Source: an uncultured Acidobacteriota bacterium (GTDB lineage: Bacteria > Acidobacteriota > Thermoanaerobaculia > UBA5066 > DATFVB01). Taken from it: a DNA stretch of 64,000 nucleotides. Below the pieces are notes generated by a model. It saw only the letters and a program-made list of their open reading frames with translations. It was not told the DNA's origin and did not search any database. A program made the position numbers and the translations under genes. Positions 21,040-30,400 of this stretch are shown one piece after another. The stretch is from positions 608,001 through 672,000 of the forward strand of contig CAWEYG010000002.1 in NCBI GenBank assembly GCA_963813155.1, read 5' to 3'. Each line of letters begins with the position of its first letter. The first letter of the stretch is position 1.

Positions 21040-22341
21040 TCAGGCGTTCGACCGGAGGAACGTCGAGAACTGGTCGGCCGGCAAGGGGTGGCTCAGGAGA
21101 TAACCCTGGCACTCATCGCACCCCAGGCCTTTCAATTGCGCCTTCTGCTCGTTCGTCTCGACGCCTTCGGCCACGACCCGGAGGCCCAGGCTGTGCGCGA
21201 GGCGAATCATCGATCCCACGATTTCCCGGTCGCGCGGATCTTCGAGGCTGCCCTTCAGGAACGACTGATCGATCTTGATGTGCGTGATCGGCAGCCTTCT
21301 CAGGTAAGCGAGCGAGGAATACCCCGTCCCGAAGTCGTCGAGGGCCACGCGGATGCCCAGATCGCGAACGGCGCGAAGGATTCGCGTCGCGTTCACTTCG
21401 TCGTGAATGGCGACGCCTTCCGTGATCTCCAGGGTGAGCGTCTCGGGCTTGAGCCCGCTCTCGTCGAGCCCGCGGCGGACGGTCTCCAAAAGGTCGCCTT
21501 TTCGGAATTGCATCGCCGACACGTTGACGGAGACCCCCATGCCGGGATCCGACTCGTTCTGCCACAGGGCCCCCTGTCGGCACGCTGTACGGAAAACCCA
21601 GGAGCAGATCGGCAGAATGAGAGTGGACTCCTCGGCAAGGGGGATGAAGTACTTGGGCTCGATCAGCCCCTTCTGAGCGTGACTCCACCGGACGAGGGCT
21701 TCCGCGCCGACGACCCTGTCGCTCGCGAGGTCGAGGACCGGCTGGTAATGCAGAAGGAAATCCCCGTTCTTGACCGCTTCCCGCAGCTGGTATTCGACTG
21801 ACACTTCGAACGCGGGCTTCGCGGCCATCGCCGGCGCGAACACCTGGAAGTTGTTCCGGCCGCTTTCCTTCGCCCGGTACATCGCGGCGTCGGCTTTGAC
21901 GATCAACGTCTCCGGATCGTCGCCGTCGGGCGGGAAGAGGCTGACGCCGACGCTCGCCGTCATCTGGATCGGATTCCCCCCGAGGTCGCCGGGCTCCGCC
22001 ACCCGGGCCAGCAGATTTTTCGCGATGTGGACGTGAGCATCGTCCGTCCGGAGATCCTGAAAGAGCAGAACGAACTCGTCTCCTCCCACCCGCGCGATCG
22101 TGTCCTGTTCCCGCACGGCGCCCTCGAGCCGGTGGACGACGACCTTCAGAAGGGAATCCGCCATTCGGTGTCCGAGCCGGTCGTTCACCTGTTTGAAGTG
22201 ATCCAGGTCGACGAACATGACGGCGACGCGGCTTTGGATGCGCCGGGCGCGCGCCAGCGCGTTGCCCAATCGGTCGGCAAAGAGCTGCCGGTTCGGCAAC
22301 CCGGTGAGATCGTCATGAAACGCCTGGGAAGTCACGGCCAT
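21040..22341 (-). CDS. Diguanylate cyclase/phosphodiesterase (GGDEF-EAL) without a sensor domain
   Basis: HDDLTGLPNR, DLDHFK.VND..GH, REQD I-site, GGDEF; YQP, EAL, DDFGTGYSSL, IKID.SF, VAEGVE, QGY. Confidence 0.92.
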   Translation of the reverse strand: MAVTSQAFHDDLTGLPNRQLFADRLGNALARARRIQSRVAVMFVDLDHFKQVNDRLGHRMADSLLKVVVHRLEGAVREQDTIARVGGDEFVLLFQDLRTDDAHVHIAKNLLARVAEPGDLGGNPIQMTASVGVSLFPPDGDDPETLIVKADAAMYRAKESGRNNFQVFAPAMAAKPAFEVSVEYQLREAVKNGDFLLHYQPVLDLASDRVVGAEALVRWSHAQKGLIEPKYFIPLAEESTLILPICSWVFRTACRQGALWQNESDPGMGVSVNVSAMQFRKGDLLETVRRGLDESGLKPETLTLEITEGVAIHDEVNATRILRAVRDLGIRVALDDFGTGYSSLAYLRRLPITHIKIDQSFLKGSLEDPRDREIVGSMIRLAHSLGLRVVAEGVETNEQKAQLKGLGCDECQGYLLSHPLPADQFSTFLRSNA

Positions 22342-22510
22342 AACCTCGTTTCGATCCGGCCAGACCGCGGCAATCCGCGCCCTCCCTCCCGCTCGAAAGC
22401 GTCGAAAGCCAGGGTGAACTGGTCGTCGTTTTGCGCGGCGCAGTCTAGCCCAAACGCGCTCCGGAGGCGAGCCTCCCCCCGATCGCCCGCGGGCTTCCCC
22501 CGTACGATTT

Positions 22511-22798
22511 TCAGTCGTGCGCTTTGACCGGCCCTTCGATGACTTCGGGTTTCTGGGTGATGAGCTTCGCCATGTGGTCCCGGACATAGTCCGCGGCGAG
22601 ATGGATCGACTCGTCGGCGCCGGCCTTGTCCTGGAAAACGCTGACCGACGCGCCCTCGCCTTTGCCCGTGTCCAGCCAGTAGTAGCGAATGAAACCCTTC
22701 GCCTTCTTGATCAGAGGAACGAACTCGTCTTTGACCATCCTGTCGATGGTGGCGCCGTTCTCCGGCTTGAAATGGTAGTGACGGACGACTGCAAACAT
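22511..22798 (-). CDS. Small ABM-like (dimeric alpha-beta barrel) protein
   Basis: MFAVVRHY...FVPLI....GF..YY...G..G.SVSVF...GADES...AA; GGAGG SD. Confidence 0.75.
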   Translation of the reverse strand: MFAVVRHYHFKPENGATIDRMVKDEFVPLIKKAKGFIRYYWLDTGKGEGASVSVFQDKAGADESIHLAADYVRDHMAKLITQKPEVIEGPVKAHD

Positions 22799-22839
22799 GG
22801 ATGCCTCCTTCTTTTCCCCGGGAGCGTACACCCGATCAC

Positions 22840-24641
22840 TCAGTGAGCCAGCGGATCGAGCGAGCGGCAGGCCGCGCGAAGCTGATCGTCTGTCAGGCGA
22901 TCCAGCTGCGTGAGGCGCGCGACTCCGGGCTCGAACCCGGAGACTTCCGCGGCGTGCGCATTCATCCACGCGACGATTCCCTTGAGCACGCGCTCGTTGG
23001 CCTTCCCGTGAGCGCTCGAACCCCCCACCGGCGACAGGATCGATCCGAGCGATCCCCTCGGTCCCGGCGCGAACTGCACCTCGGAGAGCTTGGCGCGAAA
23101 CTCCAGCTCCTCGTCGTCGTGGATTCCCATGGCCTTGTCGATCGCGTGACGCCCTTCGTGAGCCCAGATCGAAGCGGCGTCGGAGTCCCGGCGAACGGTC
23201 CGAAGAAAGGCGTCGCGAAGGGCGTCGCCGGACAGCCCCTCCTTTTCGAGCCTCTGCCGCAGGCTCTCCGCATACTGATCGGACAACCTCGACTCGAGGC
23301 CGCGCAACGCCGCGACCTCGTCGTCCTTGACCCGCTCGCGGTCCCGGATGGACTCCGACCGGATCTCTTCCTGCGCGCGGGTCCTCGTCTCGGGATCGGT
23401 CAACTGTCGCCAGAGGCGCAGGGGGCCTCCGACGTACATGGGACGAACCTGGTAGACGACGCCGTCTCCCACCCACCCGCCGGTGCCCGACCGTCCGTGG
23501 GTGGCCCAGGTCGCATACCCGCCGGCGATCATCCCGTCCAGCTGGACGAATCGAAGCGACGCCTTCCGGCCGTGCTGCTCGACTTCGCGGGTTTCGTCGG
23601 CAACGCGGTGGCCGTAGAGAATGTCGGGGACTCCTTCCGTGTCGCCGACGGTGAAGATCGCGCCGAAGCGCTCGTCCAGCTCGCGTTGCAAGGACTCCAG
23701 CGAGAACGCCGAGTCTTTCGGACGCGGCGGCAGGGCATTCCACAGCGCGACACCCTCTGCGTCCAGTGCCTGATGAAATTGCCGGGCGTCGTCGATGCCC
23801 GCGGCGACCTGCCGGAAGTGTTCGTCCGCGACGGCATGAATCCGGCGCGTGAATTCCGCGTACCGCCTCACGTCGAGGACGGGGGCGTCGTGCTTCGCCG
23901 CGAGCGGGGCGCACGGATTGTCGAGAACGAGCTCGATTTCGTCGAAGAGCTTCGCTTTCGCGAGGGCCAGCCCCGTCGCGCGCCGATCGTGGACGTCCGC
24001 CGGAACGAGCGAAGGGAGCCCCGAGTCGTACCAGCCCCACGCCTTCGCGCGCGGTCTTTTCGTCGCCCGCGAGAAGAGAAGCGTCGAGGAGCAGGCGCGA
24101 CCGCTCGAGCGTGGGGCCGCCTTCTTCGATGGCCGCGGACAGGCTCGCGATCGCCTCTTCGAGGCTCGGCCGGTCGGCCGGACAGCGTCCGCCCAGACGG
24201 CGGGAGCGCGCTTCTTCGATGGTCGCGGTGCCCAGCCGGGTGAGCGCCTCGTCCCGATCAGAAGCCTTCGTCGCGCGCGTCCGGGCGTCCCGGGCGGCCT
24301 TCCGAGCCGCTTCGAAGTCCCGGGCGAGCTCCGTCTCGAGCCGGGAAAGCTCCGAGAGCGCCGCGGAAGCCTCCGGGCCCTTCGCGAGACCGCCCAGGAG
24401 CGAGCGCGCGGCCGCGGCGTCGTGGAAGACGTACCAATCGAGACGCGCCGCCCGAAGGATCGCCTGATCGCGCCGCTTCGGATCCGGGTCCGATCGCGAA
24501 GCCTCGAGAAAAAGATCACGCGCCTTTCGTTGATTCGCCTCCATCGAGGCGTTGTCCGCGGCGTCGAACGGAGCAATCGACAGGAGGCGCGGGGGGCGCA
24601 GAGCTAGCCGCGAGGAGAAGGAGAATCAGAAGAGCGTTCAT
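22840..24641 (-). CDS. Secreted TPR-like + HExxH metallopeptidase-like protein, two apparent frameshifts (~24590, ~24050)
   Basis: Signal MNALLILLLLAAS at 24641; helical repeats in the 24544 frame; C-terminal IWAHEGRHAID...ELEFRA in the 22840 frame. Confidence 0.55.
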
Positions 24642-24784
24642 GGGGCGAGCCTGCGTTTTTCGTTGACGTTCATGCTCGGTACTACGTCGGGAAGAGGCGG
24701 AAGTTCGCCGCTCGGCACGCGAAAGCGGAAGTCACGATAGATTGTCATCGGTAATTTCATTTTCGATCCAGAAGGAGGCACACC

Positions 24785-25099
24785 ATGCGCTGGTACCAAC
24801 ACTTGGCGTATTTCTTCGGCGGAGCTTTCCTGGCAAACACCCTGCCCCATCTCGGCAACGGAATCTCGGGACACGCCTTTCAGAGCCCCTTCGCATCGCC
24901 GCCCGGTGTGGGTCTTTCGTCTGCCACGGTGAATGTCCTCTGGGGCCTCCTCAACCTCGTTGTCGCGTACTTGCTCATCTGCCGCGTCGGCGATTTCAAT
25001 TTGCGAAAAACGGAGCACGTGGTCCACCTCGGCGCCGGTATTCTGATCATGTCCCTCATGCTTGCCCACAGCTTCGGTCGGTTTCACGGGGGGCTCTGA
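24785..25099 (+). CDS. Small membrane protein (about 3 TM)
   Basis: AAGGAGG SD; FFGGAFLAN..PH...G..G..FQSPFA.PPG.GLSS..VNVLWG. Confidence 0.75.
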   Translation: MRWYQHLAYFFGGAFLANTLPHLGNGISGHAFQSPFASPPGVGLSSATVNVLWGLLNLVVAYLLICRVGDFNLRKTEHVVHLGAGILIMSLMLAHSFGRFHGGL

Positions 25100-25503
25100 T
25101 GCTTTCGGAGAGTGTGATGCAACCCTCTGCAACCGGACGAGGCGTCAGATCGTGCAAAGCTCTTTTTGAGAGTTGTCTTGGTGATCGCCGCTCCGTGCGC
25201 CATCTTTCTGGGTGCGGTTCGGCTCGGGCTGGCTCACCCGATCTGGTGGGCCTTAGGCGGTGGGGGTGATTATCCTCGTCGCCCAACGCGCACGGGGCTC
25301 TACCAATCGTGTGAGATAACATCCGCTTCCACCGGCCCACCCCTCTCTTCTTGCCGTTGAATCCGGGTCGTCGAGTTCGACGGTTGATTGAATGTCGCTA
25401 AGGCGGGGCTGCTCTTCATCGCGCCCGCAGCAGAGTGCGCGGCTCTTAGAACGAAGCGCTTCCCGGCCCGAGCTATGATCCCGATACCCGAGAGGAGGGA
25501 ACC

Positions 25504-26743
25504 GTGAAAATCCGACTCGCTGCCGCTCTCGCTGTTTTCTGTCCCACGCTCGCGCTCGGAAGCGCGGCGACCGGCGTCGTGGGCGTCCTGGGATCCTCAA
25601 ACTCGTTGGTCCTGTCGAGCGTCGAGCTCATCGACCTCGTCCATGGCGCCACCGCCGCCGGCAACTACACGTCTGCAACCGTCTACTGGGAGGGGGGAAC
25701 GCCGGCAGTTCGTGTTCGTCCGCGTTCAAGCTTCGCTTCTACCATCCGGCTGCCCTGGGCTCGACCGACCTCCAGCTCGTGGCGGAGCGGGGTCCCTTTG
25801 ACGCGAGCCCGGGCCTCGTGACGGTCGCGCTCTCTCCCGCGGTGACGGTTTCGACCGGCGATCTTATCTCCGTCGTTTCGATACTCGGGTTTTCATGCGG
25901 CGGCCCGGTGCTCGGCAGCAGCGGGGAGACCGCGGCGACGCTCGTGGTCAACCTGGACACCGCCGGCACGTCGCGCTCCGTGTGCGCAGGGAGCCTTTTC
26001 CCCTACACTCTGGCGGCCCGCGCCACGATGGGCGGCACGGAGGTCCGATCGGGCATCGTCACCGGCGCCGGCTCCGCGCACGGCGCGGCCGGATCGAATT
26101 TCAAGACGGAGATCCAGGCGATCAATCCCGGTGCGGTCGCGATCAACGTCAAGCTCCGCTTCCATCCCATCGGGGTTTCACCGGCTCGGCGTCGGATCCC
26201 TCGGTCTCCTTCTCCCTCGGGGCGTTCCAGTCCACGCGGATCCACGACATCGGAGACGCGCTCGGTATTTCCGGGCTCGGGAGCATCGACGTTCTGTCGG
26301 ACGAGAGCTATCCACCGCTCCTCGTGACCCACGTCTTCAACGACGCCGGCGCCGCCGGGACCGCGGGATTTTCCGAGCCGACGGTCCGCTCTGGCGACGT
26401 CTACGTGCTCGAGACGCTCGACACGGCCTTCCTTTTCGCACCGGGAGACCTGACGCAGTACCGCATGAACGTCGGCGTCCGGACCCTGTCGGAAGGAGCA
26501 AGCCTCGCGGTTCAGGTCCTCGATGCGGCGACTGGAGCCGTCAAGACGACTCGGAGCATCGACTATCCGGCCGACTTCTTCGACCAGAAGACCATTTCCG
26601 ACTTCCTTGGCGGCTTCGCGGTTTCAGCCAACGACTCCATCCAGATCCAGGTCACGGACGGGCGGGCGATCGTCTATGCCGTTTCCGTGGACAACGTCAC
26701 CAACGATACGAGCCTGCAACTCGGGACGCGGACGCACTTCTAG
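25504..26743 (+). CDS. Secreted protein with a Thermoanaerobaculia-type beta-sandwich domain, two frameshifts (~25700, ~26180)
   Basis: GGAGGG SD + GTG; signal peptide; AGSAHGAAGSNFKTEI...NP, YRMNVGV, G.AIVYAVSVDNVTND spread across three frames. Confidence 0.65.
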
Positions 26744-26808
26744 CAGGACGTTACGGCGACGGGCTGGACGCCGGGGACGTGGCGGGTCGAGCGCCGGGCG
26801 GGGGGATC

Positions 26809-26936
26809 GTCGCAAGTTCCCGCCTCGAGGAAGAAAAAAGGCCGGGACGTTAACCGCTTCGAAGTCTTCCGAAATGCGAACTTGCGGCGATTCTTACGGG
26901 TCGCAAGTTCCCGCTTCGAGGAAGAAAAAAGGCCGG
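26809..26936. repeat. 37-bp direct repeat pair downstream of tRNA-fMet
   Basis: GTCGCAAGTTCCCGC(C/T)TCGAGGAAGAAAAAAGGCCGG at 26809-26845 and 26900-26936, one mismatch. Confidence 0.85.
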
Positions 26937-26953
26937 AAATGTTCATCCCGGCC
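26925..26953 (-). terminator. Intrinsic terminator of tRNA-fMet
   Basis: Minus strand GGCCGGGA-loop-TTCCGGCC followed by T6. Confidence 0.75.
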
Positions 26954-26963
26954 ATCTCGTAAT

Positions 26964-27040
<77 letters not shown>

Positions 27041-27052
27041 TCAGGGATGTGC

Positions 27053-27081
27053 AAGATATCGGAGCCGCCGGCGGGTGTCAA
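27053..27081 (-). promoter_or_regulatory. Sigma70 promoter of tRNA-fMet
   Basis: TTGACA (27081-27076), 17 nt spacer, TATCTT (27058-27053). Confidence 0.8.
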
Positions 27082-27090
27082 GAAACGGGC

Positions 27091-28920
27091 TCAGCCTTCC
27101 GAACCCCCCGCCGCGCGGCGAGAAGCCCTGCCGCCGCGAGGCCGCAGAAGATCCCCAACACGACCGGTCCGAGGAGCGAGAGCCAGTCCGACGGCGTGGA
27201 GGGCGAGAGAAGCCGGGCGATCCGCCCGTTGAGGTCGAAAACCGCTCCCGGCTTTCGGCGCATCGCCTTCGCGGCGTCGAGCAGGGCCGAAACGAGCAGT
27301 GCGCCAGCGACGCTCAGCCGATCGCGATTCCCAAAGCCCAAAGCACGAGCGTTCCGCTGCGAGAAGCCCGGCCGCCGCGAGGCCGCAGAAGAGGCCGAGA
27401 ACAATGGGACCGAGGACCGAGAGCCAGTCCGACGGCGAGGCGGGCGAGACGAGCCGGGCGAGCTGCCCGCGCAGGTCGAAAACCGCTCCCGGCTTTCCGC
27501 GCATCGCCTTCGCGGCGTCGAGCAGGGCGGAGACGAACAGCGCGCCGGCGACACCCACGATCGCGGCTGCGAAACCCGCCAGCGCGAGCGCCGTTCGCGT
27601 GACGGGCTCTCTCGGACGGACGTCCTCGATCTCGAAGTCCGGCTCGCGGACGCCCGGAGCGACGAAGCGCGACAGCATGATGAGCCCGGGCACGGACGCG
27701 AAGATCGTCACGACGAAGAACGGCGTCCAGCCGAGCGCGTCGACGAGAATTCCCGCGGGCGCGCCGGCGAGCGTGCGGCCGAGCGCGAAGACGCTCGCGA
27801 ACAGCGCGTACTGGGTGGCCGAAAATCGTTTCTGCGTCAGGCGGATCAGGAAAACGTCGAGCGCCCCCGTCGCGAGGCCCTGGCATCCCGTCTCGAGCGC
27901 GGTCGCCGCGTACATGACGAGCCTCATCGAGAAGGGCTGCCCGGCGCTGCCCGCCGTGGGGATTCCGGCCAGTCGGTCCACCGCGACGTACCCGAGGCAC
28001 GCGACGGCCTGCAGGACGCCGAAGATCCACAGCGCGCGGCCGACGCCGATCTTTTTCGTCAGCGCCGCGCCGACGATAGTGCCCGCGATGATGAAAACCA
28101 GCCCGATCGTCAGGGTCGCGAGCCCGACGTCGGCCGGAGAGAAGCGCTTTTCGATGAGGAACGGCCGGACGAGCGCGGTCGCCATGTTGTCGCCGAGCTT
28201 GTAGAGCAGGATGAAAAGAATGATCGCGGTCGCCCGCGGCTTGCGGAAAAGCGACACGAACGGATCAAAAACGGCGTCGCGAAGCGTGACGGGCGGGCGG
28301 ATCGACGCGGGGGGCTCGGGCGACGCGATGACGACGGCCATCAGCGGAACGTAGAGCAGCGCGAGCCCGAGAAAGACCGTCGACCATCCGATCGAATTGC
28401 CGAGCGCGATCGCGACGCCTCCCGCGGCGAGCATCGCGGCCCGGTACAGGGCGACGCGGCCGCCGACCGCCACGCCCAGCTCGTCTTTCTGGAGGACCTC
28501 GACCGCGTAACCGTCGATCGCGATGTCCTGGCTCGCGGAGCAGAACGCGATGAAAGTCGCGACCGCGGCGACGACCGCGACTCTCGGGTTTGCTCCCTCG
28601 AGAGCGAGCGCCGCGATTCCGGCCAGGAGGAGGACCTGGAACAGCAGCATCCAGGAGCGCTTGCGGCCGAGGAACGGGAGGCGGTAGCGGTCCATCAGCG
28701 GCGCCCACAGGAACTTGAACGTCCACGGCGCCTGCGCCAGGGAAAAAAGGCCGATCGTCCGAATGTCGACGCCGCGGTATTTCAGCCAGGCGGGAAGGGC
28801 GATCCAGATCAGGCCGAGAGGAAGCCCTGAGGAAAACGACTGCAGCACGACGGCGCCGACGCGCCACGAGCCGAACGCGGCCTTCAGGCTCGCAACCGTC
28901 CCGACCCGCCGCTTTTCCAT
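27091..28920 (-). CDS. ampG: AmpG-family muropeptide MFS permease with a duplicated 3' end
   Basis: FSSGLPL, PWTFKFLWAPLMD, GRKRSW, SASQDIAIDGY, LYKLGDNM, SATQYALF; extra C-terminal two-helix segment present twice. Confidence 0.85.
   Translation of the reverse strand: MEKRRVGTVASLKAAFGSWRVGAVVLQSFSSGLPLGLIWIALPAWLKYRGVDIRTIGLFSLAQAPWTFKFLWAPLMDRYRLPFLGRKRSWMLLFQVLLLAGIAALALEGANPRVAVVAAVATFIAFCSASQDIAIDGYAVEVLQKDELGVAVGGRVALYRAAMLAAGGVAIALGNSIGWSTVFLGLALLYVPLMAVVIASPEPPASIRPPVTLRDAVFDPFVSLFRKPRATAIILFILLYKLGDNMATALVRPFLIEKRFSPADVGLATLTIGLVFIIAGTIVGAALTKKIGVGRALWIFGVLQAVACLGYVAVDRLAGIPTAGSAGQPFSMRLVMYAATALETGCQGLATGALDVFLIRLTQKRFSATQYALFASVFALGRTLAGAPAGILVDALGWTPFFVVTIFASVPGLIMLSRFVAPGVREPDFEIEDVRPREPVTRTALALAGFAAAIVGVAGALFVSALLDAAKAMRGKPGAVFDLRGQLARLVSPASPSDWLSVLGPIVLGLFCGLAAAGLLAAERSCFGLWESRSAERRWRTARFGPARRREGDAPKAGSGFRPQRADRPASLALHAVGLALAPRTGRVGDLLRPRGGRASRRAAGGSEG
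27115..27552. repeat. Diverged tandem duplication of the ampG 3' segment
   Basis: 27115-27311 vs 27356-27552: about 27 mismatches in 197 bp (hand count), no indels, 44-bp spacer, period 241. Confidence 0.9.
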
Positions 28921-28941
28921 GCCGCGGAGCTTACTCCGCCC

Positions 28942-29448
28942 CTACTCCTGGTTCGTGTTGACGATCGCCCAGAACACGAGATCCGTCGGCTTCGGGTCTT
29001 TCCCCATCGAGCGGATCATCGTCGAGATCTGGCCGCGGTGGTACGAGGCGTGGTTGACGGCGTGGCGGAAGACCGCCCAGTAGGGGACCTTCTTCACGCT
29101 TCCCTGCAGGTTCTTGTACGCGAGGATCTCGCTTCGGCGTTCCGGAGACGTCCCGAGGACGAAACGGGTCAGCACCGCGTCTGCTTCTTCGAGCAGGCGA
29201 ACGGCGGAATCGAGCTCCGGAACGTCCGTTCCGGTCAGGAGTCGCGAGGGGGAATTCCCGAGAAAACGATCGTGCCACGCCCTCGTCGCGGACCCGATGT
29301 GCACGAGAGTGTCGCGCACGCTCGGCCACCCTCCCCCGATCTTCCGCTCGTACTCCTCCGTCGTCAGCTCCCGGCACGAGGCAACGGTTCGCTCGTTGGC
29401 CCACCGGTTGTACGCGTAGAGATTCTCGAAGTCGTCGGCGATCAGCAC
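28942..29448 (-). CDS. DinB-family protein
   Basis: LYAYNRWAN, SVRDTLVHI....W, HAVNHASYHRGQI...R..G. Confidence 0.88.
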   Translation of the reverse strand: MLIADDFENLYAYNRWANERTVASCRELTTEEYERKIGGGWPSVRDTLVHIGSATRAWHDRFLGNSPSRLLTGTDVPELDSAVRLLEEADAVLTRFVLGTSPERRSEILAYKNLQGSVKKVPYWAVFRHAVNHASYHRGQISTMIRSMGKDPKPTDLVFWAIVNTNQE

Positions 29449-30392
29449 GCCGGATCCTCGACGATCGTGTTCGTCAGCGTTCCCAGCCCTCCGGCCGACA
29501 GCGAGATCCGGTCGCCGGGCCGCAGCCACTGGTCTTTCGTCACTTTCGATCCGTTCAGCTCCAGAAAGCACCCGGTGCCGACCGTGCCGGAGCCGATCAC
29601 GTCGCCGGGGAAGAGCGTCACCCCGTCTCCCGCCCGCTGGAGGATCTGTGCGAACGTCCAGTTCATGTCCGACGCATTGCCCTCGGAGACCTGGACGCCG
29701 TTGACCTCCGCGGTCATCCGGGAGTCGAAGACGTTGCCGCGATCGGTCGAGGTCAGGCGGCCCGCGAGCTCGTCGGCGGTGACGAGGTACGGTCCGAGCG
29801 CCGTCGCGAAGTCCTTCCCTTTCGCCGGCCCGAGGTTCAGCTTCATCTCCTCCATCTGCAGGGCACGGGCGGAGAAGTCGTTCATGATCGTGTAGCCGAA
29901 GATCGCGCGGTCGGCCTCTTCGATCGTCGGGTTGAGCACCTCGCGCCCGACGACGACCGCGATCTCGAGCTCGAAGTCGAGCCGGTCGAGCCGGCCCCTC
30001 CCGACGCGAAGCTCCCCGGGACCGATCACGGCCTGGTGGTTCGTGAAGTAGAACACCGGGAACTGGTCGAACTCCGGGATCATCGGAAGGCCGCGGTTCT
30101 TTCGGGCCGTCTCGACGTGCTGGCGGAACGCGTACCCGTCGCGCATGGACGACGGACGGGGAAGCGGCGAACGCAGAACCGCGTGTTCCTCCGCGATGAG
30201 CGCGCCGGACGGAAACGTTCCGTCCCCCGCGAGGACGCTCTTCGCGATCGGCAGCAGGGAGGCCGATCGGCGGATGAACTCCTCCATGGGGACGTTCAAC
30301 TCCGGAACCATTGATGCAAGGTCGATGATTCCGTGGCTCGTCTTCGCGCCGATCCTCTCCCGCCCACCGTGCAAAAAAGTGACGAGTTTCAC
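29442..30392 (-). CDS. Fumarylacetoacetate hydrolase family protein
   Basis: RDGYAFRQH, PVFYFTN, LDFELE, GYTIMNDFSAR..Q, GPAKGKDF, PGDVIGSGT. Confidence 0.9.
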   Translation of the reverse strand: MKLVTFLHGGRERIGAKTSHGIIDLASMVPELNVPMEEFIRRSASLLPIAKSVLAGDGTFPSGALIAEEHAVLRSPLPRPSSMRDGYAFRQHVETARKNRGLPMIPEFDQFPVFYFTNHQAVIGPGELRVGRGRLDRLDFELEIAVVVGREVLNPTIEEADRAIFGYTIMNDFSARALQMEEMKLNLGPAKGKDFATALGPYLVTADELAGRLTSTDRGNVFDSRMTAEVNGVQVSEGNASDMNWTFAQILQRAGDGVTLFPGDVIGSGTVGTGCFLELNGSKVTKDQWLRPGDRISLSAGGLGTLTNTIVEDPAC

Positions 30393-30400
30393 GTCTTCCC

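Noticed and set aside
25166-25360. Small hydrophobic ORF
   Set aside because: TTG start with no SD, atypical codons and no recognisable motif; cannot be supported.
14931-26963. Genomic island integrated at tRNA-fMet
   Set aside because: No integrase and no duplicated tRNA 3' end seen; most genes have host-like GC.
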